From Paraspadella gotoi (taxonomy: Eukaryota > Animalia > Chaetognatha), in contig CM119264.1 of the NCBI GenBank assembly GCA_051294375.1, forward strand, positions 21,122,645-21,186,644: a DNA stretch of 64,000 nt. Reading direction: 5' to 3'. A program made the position numbers and the translations under genes. Below the pieces are notes generated by a model, which worked only from the letters and a program-made list of their open reading frames with translations, did no database searches and was not told where the DNA came from. Below are positions 54,549 through 64,000 of the stretch, one piece after another (position 1 is the stretch's first letter; each line of letters starts with the position of its first letter).

Positions 54549-54930
54549 ATATTTTTTTAACTTGCATAATTTTTTTCAATTTGCAATTTTTAACTTGCAT
54601 TATTTTTAACTTGCATAATTTTTCAACTTGCATAATTTTTTCAACTTGCTTAATTTTTTTAACTTGCATAATTTTTTAATTTGCATATTTTTTTAAATTG
54701 CATTATTTTTTAACTTGCATAATTTTTCAACTTGCATAATTTTTTCAACTGCATATTTTCAACTTGCATAATTTTTTTAACTTGCATAATTTTTTTACTT
54801 GCATAATTTTTTTAACTTGCATATTTTTTAAATTTGCAAATTTTTTAAACTTGCATAATTTTTTTCAATTTGTATAATTTTTAAACTTGCATATTTTTTT
54901 AAACTTGCATACTTTTTTAAACTTGCTAAT
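54549..54930 (+). repeat. AACTTGCATAATTTTT satellite array (continues the array at 48786-49125)
   Basis: About 20 tandem units of 17-20 bp. Confidence 0.9.
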
Positions 54931-56957
54931 TAGAATATAGATTTTTTTATTAATTTTCTTTGATAGTAAGGTCTGGCGAGATCACTATACTTTTAAGATT
55001 TTTTTTTATCTGGTTCTGTTGGATATCTGAGAAAGGTTTACGAGGCATATATTTTCACAAAGATAAAGATTTATCTGAATGTTGACTCAATAGTTTAAAA
55101 AGTTTTCTTGTAATAATCGTGAAAATGTTTTATTATTTTCTATACCTCGAGGGTCGCACGTTTGATTCGTCAGGCGTAGGTTGAACTAAATCTTGAATGG
55201 CGTAAATGTCGAATAATGGCGAAGAAACGGCGACATTGATGTAATAAGCGCGTCGCGAAGCAACCTTTCTTATCCTCGGAGATTTTCGGATCAATGAGCG
55301 CGCCTATTTGAGTAAGCGAAATCACTCCCAAATCGAAATTCATTTTTTAAAGGTCGATTGGCGAGATTTTTTAAGAAAAGAGAACGGCAAACATGCGAAC
55401 GGCGAACGGCGAAACCACAAGACGGGTTGCATAGTTTTTACGAGGCATATCTTTTACAATACTATTTTTTTAGTAAAAACATAACTATTTTTTTTTATCA
55501 TTTTCTTAGTTTTATATTTGAATATTCCCAGATCTGTGCTAAAATTTTAATAACACTAATTTTTTTTTTAAATTACGTAATTACGTACTTTAAATCCATT
55601 AATAATTTTTGATACTAATCATATTAATTATCGCGCTCATTGATTTGTTTTTATCATTAATTCAGTTTATATTCTTTCTTCCTTTACTTTACTATTTCAT
55701 CCTATTAGATTTGAACCCAAAGTTTAAATTGTTTTTCCTTCTTTTATGCATTTATATTATAAATTACTCAAGTTACTAAATTAACCGATTTTAACCGTTA
55801 ACCGACGTTTTAAAAAAATTAATGGTAAAGGAAACTCTAGCTTAGAGGGAAATCGAATCGTCCTCCATGTCAATGTCAGCTAAATACCTAAATCCAAAAA
55901 AGGTTTTGAAATGAAATATAATTTTTTTAAAAATAAGATAAAAATCCCAAACTGAGCCTCACTTCGAAACCAAAAAGAATAAGAAAAGTGAAAGCGAAAA
56001 TGAGACAGGAAGTGAAACCGCGAGAGGAGGCGTCGTGAAACCGGCGGGGAGGAAAAAAACTTCCGCGCCGTGAATTACCGCCGTTTGTCAAAGAAGCCAC
56101 TTTAGAGAGGGAGAGGGAGGAAAGGAAAGGGAGAATGAGAGGAAGGTTTGGAGTAAATGTGAGAAGAGAGGAAGCTGAAACGTTGGTGAGTCTGGAAAAA
56201 AGAAATGTTTCAAAAAGAAGATTTAGAACAAAGAAGAATTGTAACGAATCACGGATCCGGTTGGGAATTTGAGAGGAAACAAAAAAAATGGACGAATGAC
56301 ATGAATAAACGAATTTAAAAAAAAATGAGATGGGGATAAGTTGGACTGATGTGAAAAAGGGCAAAAGGGTTGAGATTGATTCCAGGGGGTATCATGATGA
56401 TGACAGCCGATTGGATTATATGAAACTGACAAAGAAGGATGGTTATTAGAGTGGAGCACTGGGGAACATAATTTTTATTTGAGTGAACAAACAAGGATAT
56501 TTAGACGTGAGATAATATGATTAAGGAGTATAAAAAATATTTTGCTTATATTGTTTGGGGAACAGTATCATTAATTACAATATATTATAATATATATATC
56601 ATAAATTACAATATATATTACAATATAATAATATCCTTATAAAATTATAAATTTTCAAAATAATTTTTTTAAAGTTTTTATTAAAAATTCTGATTCTTCA
56701 TAAAAAGTTAGATCAAAAATATAAAATATGTTATTAAAAATTTCAATGTCTTCAGCGTCAAAAATGCTTTGTAGTAGAAACTATTATATGATGAAACGTT
56801 TTGGTCATTTTTTACAGCTTTAACCTAAGAATATCATGTAACATATTTTACAAAAGTTTTTCAGTTTTTTCCGGCAAATCCGAAACTGTTCTTAAAATTA
56901 CAAAAATATTATTTTAGAGATGAAACGAAAAATTTGTTGTAATAGAAATTTTTATTA

Positions 56958-57001
56958 TTGTACATGTTTCGGCTCTTAGTATTACGAGTCTTCATCAGCA
57001 A
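56958..57001 (-). ncRNA. Minimal hammerhead ribozyme (left arm)
   Basis: UUG-CUGAUGA-A-GACUC(GUAAUACUAA)GAGCC-GAAAC-AU-GUA-CAA; one stem II mismatch. Confidence 0.75.
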
Positions 57002-57237
57002 GTAAATTCAATAAACAAAATTTTGTTAAATATTTAGGTTTTTTTTTTTTTTTTTTTTTTCTAAAAATTTTTCACTGTTGTACATTGCCTAATGTATTGA
57101 TCCCTGTCTCTCTCTCTCTCTCTCTTCTTCTCTTCTCTCTTCTTTCTTTTCACCAATTTCAAAAATCATTGCTCTCTCTTCCCTACTTTCACCTGTCCTC
57201 ACATCTGACCACTATCCTTGCTCAATTCTTTGTTGAA

Positions 57238-57275
<38 letters not shown>

Positions 57276-57312
57276 CTAATGTTTTAAAAAGATTTTGTTT
57301 TATTGAATTTAC

Positions 57313-57356
57313 TTGCTGATGAAGACTCGTAATACTAAGAGTCGAAACATGTACAA
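57313..57356 (+). ncRNA. Minimal hammerhead ribozyme (right arm)
   Basis: UUG-CUGAUGA-A-GACUC(GUAAUACUAA)GAGUC-GAAAC-AU-GUA-CAA; perfect stem II. Confidence 0.82.
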
Positions 57357-58969
57357 TAATAAAATAAAATTGCTATTACAACGAATTTTTCGTTTCATCT
57401 CTAAACTATTTTAAATAGCAAAAAAGAAAGTCAAAATACAATGTCAAAAATATTATTTAAAAATTTTATGATTTTATAAGGATATTACTATAAAGAAAAT
57501 TCAATTAATGATAATGTTATGCAAATTTTTTTTGAAAAGTAGCTTAATTATTTTTTTTTACATATACAAAGGCAACAAAAAACATTGTTCTATCGCTCAA
57601 TCTTTTCATCACTCCACCCTAATGGTTAGAGATGTTAGCAAACGGGGGCGTGTAGCCATAGTAATCGAAGAATTAGAAACAACAGCGGGAAAGAAATGAA
57701 ATAAAGGTGGCAATGAAATACTCGAGTTAATGGGGGGGGAGTTTGATCAGAAAAATGGCAGAAAATGATTCAGCAATGACGAATGCGTCGCTATCGTGGA
57801 TGAAATTACGCTTGGCGGTCGGCCGAGGGCGCTGGGGGTCGGATGAGTGACGCAAGATTTATTGAAAAAATCGTCGTCTGGTGGTTGCGGCTAGTGAAAA
57901 ATTCGTTGACAGTGTGAGGTCAGCTCGAAGCGAGAGGCAGCTGCTGAGGTGGGTTCGAGAGTTCGGGCAAGTTTGAAAGTGACAATTAATCGAATTTAAG
58001 ACAACAAAGACGAGATCATGTTCTACTTTGCGCCTGACCATCTTTCGAAAAATCTTAGAGAAACTTTGGGGGCTAAATGACATTATCGAAACCAACGGAA
58101 TCCAGGGAGAAAATGTTGCGAACCAACGGGAAGCGTCATAGGATTTCACAGAGAAGGGGAGGAAGACTGATGTCGAATGGCTTGAGGGGAAGAGTGGAGG
58201 AAAGAAAGAGTGAGAGGGAGACACGCGTCAGAATCACATCAAGCGCCCCTCACTCGTCTTGATTTTTCCCGAAGCCTTTCGAGTTAAAAGAGATCAAGGG
58301 AAGGCTTTGTCGTTTTTGTCGTTCAAGATTAAAGATTTATTATATTAAAGATTATAAAATTAAAAATTTGACAAATCTTTGATAGGCCCGTGAAAAACTG
58401 CATTTTTCCGCGGGATCTGAATAGTGAATACTGTATGTGTTGAAATTATTGAAATTGCCGCGAAAAGTTCTTTTTCATAGGGGATTTTGCTTTCCAAAAG
58501 AATTGTTTTCATTTTGCCTTGTAAATTTGCAACTGGTTAACGACCATGTTAAAAATAATTGGCTTTTTTATAATAACATTTTTGCATTTTCTCTTTCCGC
58601 GGTCTCTCGATCGCATCGTTTATATCTCATCGTTTATTCGTCATCGCTTATGATTATGAGAACGGTCTTTCCTTTTCTCTCTTTTATTTCCTTCATATAT
58701 GAAAAAATAAAATATTTGCATATTTAACAATTTTATTGTATAATGTTGCTAAAGAAAGAAATAATGCTAAAATGATTCCGGAATTAGTACTACGGCCCAA
58801 TTAATTTTCTCCTCCACTCGACGATATTCTACTTTGACCTCATCACAGATCATGACCCGATCCACTTTTTCATTCTCCATATTTTCCCTCCCCCCCCCAA
58901 CCTGTTCACCTTTTATCCCCCTCGTTCCTCTCACTCCTAACCACGATTAAGGATCTCCTAGTAGATCTT

Positions 58970-59160
58970 AATTGCGCGCCGCGTGACGACAACGAAAAAA
59001 AAGACTAAAACCAAAACAAGGCGTGTTCTTGCCAACGGAAGTGCGGGATAAATTTTCGCGTTTGTGTGTAAAGCGACGATAAATCGCGGGAGAATTGGCT
59101 CTCGGAGGTTGTAACGCGGCCTCTCCACGCCCATAGCCGCCGCTCCCGAGATTCAGCGAT
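58970..59160. promoter_or_regulatory. CpG-rich promoter-like island (ETS/E2F-like motifs)
   Basis: CGGAAGTG at about 59036, TTTTCGCG and CGCGGGAG. A similar island lies at 55990-56090. No downstream gene identified. Confidence 0.35.
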
Positions 59161-59765
59161 TAATTCTAATTCAGAAAAAAAAGAAGAAAAAAAAAAGAAA
59201 AAACCTAAGAAAAATTCCTTACGAGCGTTCTCGATATTTAATGGAGTTTCTGTTGAACGGCGAGGATCGTTCGTCATCGCTAAAGATCTTTGGCAAAGTC
59301 GTAAGCGTCTTTAAAGCGTGAAATATCGACGCCTCTCGACGAGCGAATCTGAAAAAAAAAACAACTTTTCTTGAAAACTTTGATTGACCGATTGAATCCA
59401 AGGGCCAAGCAGTTTATGCGGCCAAGCGGCCAAGCTTACTTGAGAAACATTTGATCTTCAGGTCACACGAAAAATGAGAAATAAAAGCTCTGGCGAGTCC
59501 CGGTCTGCCTTCGCGAACTTAATTGTCGAAAGTCGCATTAAAAGACAATCTTGCCTCATTTAAAAACAGTTTCGCTGACCTTCTGTTCGCTCCACAGCGA
59601 CTTGCTTTCGCTTGGCGGTTTTCTGCGCACAGTTGCTCTTGTTTTTTCTCTAGAAATAAGTTTGGTGATATATAACGTATAGACGTTTAATTATACTTGT
59701 TCTGACTCAGACTCAGACTCTCTTAGATATTCCTTAGATGTTAAACTTAACTTTTTCATTGTTTA

Positions 59766-59832
<67 letters not shown>

Positions 59833-60309
59833 AAGCGTTATTTTAGAGATTGTATGTTTTATGAAGTTAAAGCTCTGCCAATTTCGAAATTTTGGACGCC
59901 AAAAATACCGTTTACAATCATCTAAGTTTTTTCCCTACGACCCGGCGTCGCCCAAAGAGTTCCGCCCACTCATGCTACATTAGTCTCATCCCATTGGCAG
60001 GGAATAAAATACATAAGCATGAGGGATCGGCGCTGCCTCGTTGCGGAGCCGCTCGGTAGCCGCCTCGTTGCGGAGACGAACGGGGGTCGGGCCCGGTCTT
60101 GGTGGGGAGAGGAGGGAGGAGTCGCGATACCCATGGACAAACAAGGAGGCGTGGTAATTTATTCGACCGTAGGCGTTCTTCGCCTTCTTTTCTGCTTCAT
60201 ATCAGTTTTTTTTTTCTCTTTTTTTCCCTCTCGCTTTTAGTTTTATCTTTTTTATATTTCTATTCTTGTTTTTCCCAAAGACAAGACTTTGGAGGAGTTC
60301 TTGTTTTAT

Positions 60310-60468
<159 letters not shown>

Positions 60469-60838
60469 TAAAAAAAATTTTATACTATTTTTTTACATGC
60501 CAAACTTTACCACAAAATTTCTAAAAAATAGTGATAATAAATTTATTAGAAAAAAAATAACGAGACAGAAAATCGAATATAAAATGAAATTTCAGCGTCG
60601 ACCGCCATTTTGGAAAAAAGAGCAAAGAATGAATCGCCATTAAACCCACGAAGCGTCATAAACGAGTCCTCCCCCTCGAAGCCCCCATTTCTGAGAATTC
60701 CCTCCAAAACTCGTCTTCCTTCATGATTCCTCGATTCCATCGTCGCTCGACTACGACTTCGCTCTTTTCCTTTCCCATTGTTGTGACTCTCACTCATGAA
60801 TGAAAGATAAGGAGGCTCGAGTGGAAGACGACGCTCGC

Positions 60839-60957
<119 letters not shown>

Positions 60958-61524
60958 GCGCTGAAAGAAAACAAAATTAAAATTTTATGAATTTCTTCTA
61001 AGTGAATTTTTTTTGTTCTGCTCGAGTGTCACCCCTCGCGAAACTGGTCCGAGGGGAAATGTATTCCGTCGCATTATGGAAAAGGAAAAGCGATACAAAT
61101 TTTATAGGTTTTTTATTCAGTGGGGAAGTCTTGGTGCAGCTAAGAGGTGGCGGCGAGCATAAATTACATTGAAAAACGGTCAAAAGTAATGAGAAAACAA
61201 AAAATTAAAGTTTAAATTCTTCATGAACTTTGAGTAAATTTTAAAAACGTGTCATTTTTTCAATTATATTTTTACGAGGTGTCGAATGATCACGAGTTTA
61301 AACTTGTTGAATTTCCACTCGACTGCCGAGTTTCCGAATAATTCCAAGAGGATCAAAATCACTCGAGGGTCGTCGTCAACCACGAAATAAATCCACTTTA
61401 AAAAGAAGAAACAATGAAAGCGACGGAGAAGGAGAAACTGCCAAAGGCTTTCACTTTATAACTTGACTAATTGCGTTAAACTTCAAAGAAATTCGGAGAA
61501 GCCGACGTCCGTTTTTTTTTCGCC

Positions 61525-61525
61525 G

Positions 61526-61560
<35 letters not shown>

Positions 61561-61596
61561 CTCTGTTTCCTCTCCTCTATCTGTCTCTCTCTCTGT

Positions 61597-61691
<95 letters not shown>

Positions 61692-61963
61692 ATCTGTCTC
61701 TCTCTCTGTCTCTCTCTCTATCTGTCTCTCTCTCGTCCTCTCTCTCTCTATCTCTCTCTCCGTCTCTCTCTCTCTGTCTCTCTTTCTCTCTCTCTCGTCT
61801 CCTTTCTTCTCTCTCTGTCTCCTCTCTCTATCTGTCTCTCTCCTCTGTCTCTGTTCTCTCTCTCTTTCTGTCTCTTCTCTCTGTCTCTCTCTCTCTTTCC
61901 CTCTCGCCTCTCTCTCTATCTGTCTCTCTCTCTTCCTCCTCTCTCTCTCTTCTCTCTCTCCCC

Positions 61964-62010
<47 letters not shown>
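61525..62010 (+). repeat. Long degenerate (CT)n tract
   Basis: Direct reading. Many other (AG)/(CT) tracts occur across the window. Confidence 0.95.
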
Positions 62011-62014
<4 letters not shown>

Positions 62015-63593
62015 ATCCCTCCTCGAGTTTTCCAATCTCCTTTATTTTTATTCTCCCAGCGACTCGAATTTTTTTCCCGTTTTTTTAAATTTCCCATAAA
62101 CAAAAGAATTTAAAATTTCTATTTTTTTCCTCTTTGTAATTTCGGAAAGAATACATTTGCCAAGTAATTCGTTTTAATCCTTCTTCATTCGTTTGTTCGT
62201 TCCCCATATAAAGTCATGGGTTCTTTGTAGGGGATTCCCTCCCATATTTTTCCCTCTTCCAACAGCCGCCATTTTCATTTCGGCGTTAGTTCCACTTCGT
62301 CCGTTTTATTGGACTCCATTATTTGCTCGGTTTAAATCTTCGCCATTTCACTGATTGCTTTTCACCTTTCGCCCCCCCCCCCACGGCTTTCAGTCGCTCG
62401 CGGATCTGCGGCGTTCGCCCTCGTGGGAAAGAGAGAGAGCGAAAAAAAGTACATTGTAAATTTCGAATTTAATCTCGTTCCCTCTTAAATTGAATCGTTT
62501 TTCAACTAATTAGCTGAGCTACGAATTGCTCGAATCAGACTACGAAAGACGCCGTTCTCTCGCCGTCGGCGTTCACGCTTCAACGACCGTTTGGAATGGA
62601 ATGGAAATCGAGTAGTTGCGCGGTCGAGCTGATGGATACTTTTGGCCACTGATGAAAAGGAAAGAAGTGAAATAATTACTTATACCTATAGACAGAGAAA
62701 CAGGAAAGAAATTTTTGATTTTCAAGTGGTCATTATACCCGATATACTCAATATACTGAAATCAGAGCTGAAAGCAATTTTAATCATCAGGAAATAATTT
62801 ACCAAGAAAAGAATACAAACAAACGAATGATAAATATAATTATATAGCTATACGTACAAGTAAGACAAAGATCAACTGCAGAAAGGAGAACCGTTGCTGC
62901 TCACATGCATAAAAAAGATAAGCAATAAGAAACGGGAAGAGAACTTTCAAATCCGTGACGGCGATATCTTTTAATCTTATCAGGGAAAGAGATTTCCACT
63001 TCTTAAAAAAAAAAAAAAAAAACTAAAACAACGTCGTTCAAAGTTAACAGCTAATGAACCATGATGGTCAATAATTTAACTTTATTATTAGCTCGGGAGT
63101 TTGTAATATTTTCGCAGCCACTGCTGCGCGTTCCATTCCAGTTCTGCGAGTTTGCTCTCAACGCTTTACTACTGGCCACCAGGGTTTTGCCCCACCGCGT
63201 TGACACCCACTGCGCTGTCGCTTACCGCCCCAATGCGACCGTGACAAGGCCACAATGGGATCTGTTTAGCTAGTTAAGAGCAAGTATACACGGAGTGAAA
63301 ACGAATATATCTATGGGAAAAAAGTCTAAAAATTATTCTTGTATAAGTTAGTCGGCAACAAAAAAGAGGAAAAAAAGTCTTGGAAGCGTCGTCCAGCTCA
63401 CGAGTTTTACAGTAATTACAGTAATTCAGGCAATTCGACTTTGATAAGCAACTACTAATGACTAACGTTATAAGAACCTGAAATTATAAATAAATAATTT
63501 GTAAATTTTATTTATAAGCAGAAAAGAATTGTAAGTCTATATTTTATATTATAGTAGTATTAGTTTTTATTTTCAAACAGAAAACGGAGAGGT

Positions 63594-63786
63594 TATGGCA
63601 ACTCACTGTTGGCTTTGAGAGTTTCCGACACTCAGTGACGCCTCCTGTTCGTGGCGCGGTTACCCGAGGACGTTCTAGTTTTGCCAACGAAGACTGTATA
63701 GAACGCAACGCTTGGGATTGTGCGTTCCCCCTCTGTGCCAATGGGATTGGCTGAACGATGGTGGATGTGAGGCGGTGGGAATATGT
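63594..63786 (-). mobile_element. Diverged solo/partial LTR of the TRIM family
   Basis: Reverse complement reads CACCGCCTCACATCCACCATC...CAGAGGGGGAAC...GGTAACCGCGCC...GGCGTCACTGAG...AAAGCCAACAGTGAGTTGCCATA, collinear with 23697-23954. Confidence 0.8.
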
Positions 63787-64000
63787 TTTCTAAATGAGTT
63801 CTCAAAAATGTCATCATCTTTCCCAGCAAGTTCTATTTACTGATGGATTGACGTCAGATAATCTCATTTAATAATGAATTCTGGAGGAAAAAAGAATTCG
63901 TACGTTTATGAATAATTTTGCGCTTGTGAGCGAGTATGCATGTGTCATATGTCTACACAGAAAAGCCACTGTTTTCAGATGATTATGTTGCGATCATCGT

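Larger units (their letters stand above)
56915..57444 (+). mobile_element. Non-autonomous Penelope-like element with hammerheads in both inverted arms
   Basis: Inverted repeats of about 115 bp (56913-57028 / 57290-57405), a 39-nt tail, and a 14-bp TSD CAAAAATATTATTT (56901-56914 / 57445-57458). Absent from the paralogous MITE at about 47320. Confidence 0.85.
56447..57621. mobile_element. hAT(m)-type MITE
   Basis: TIRs TAGAGTGGAG / CTCCACCCTA; 8-bp TSD ATGGTTAT (56439-56446) / ATGGTTAG (57622-57629). Confidence 0.75.

Noticed and set aside
57700-58260. GC-richer block with 121-aa ORF
   Set aside because: No recognisable motif or consistent splice structure.

Overview
This is AT-rich, repeat-dense animal (invertebrate-like) genomic DNA, not prokaryotic. 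Most ORFs in the supplied track are translations of (AG)n/(CT)n/(ACG)n microsatellites. Genic content: (1) a clean two-exon minus-strand gene (2717-2310, 2035-1880) encoding a 187-aa secreted, six-Cys, probably helical protein, under a TATA promoter with STAT-, AP-1- and kB-like sites; (2) the first exon of a signal-peptide + Ig-domain gene, with decayed Ig-like fragments downstream; (3) a chain of small minus-strand exons (44.8-27 kb) with no coherent long ORF; (4) a few orphan exons. Mobile content: a short non-coding Penelope-like family carrying minimal hammerhead ribozymes (six motifs, covarying stems, inverted ends, tails, 11-14 bp TSDs); a TRIM-like mini LTR element whose empty site is also in the window; a 4.9-kb hAT-type insertion whose empty site is also in the window; a hAT-type MITE; a decayed hAT(m)-like transposase; and several Helentron/DINE-1-like families. 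A 25-N gap at 23305-23329 is flanked by tandem duplications that may be assembly artefacts. All calls were made by eye, without database searches.
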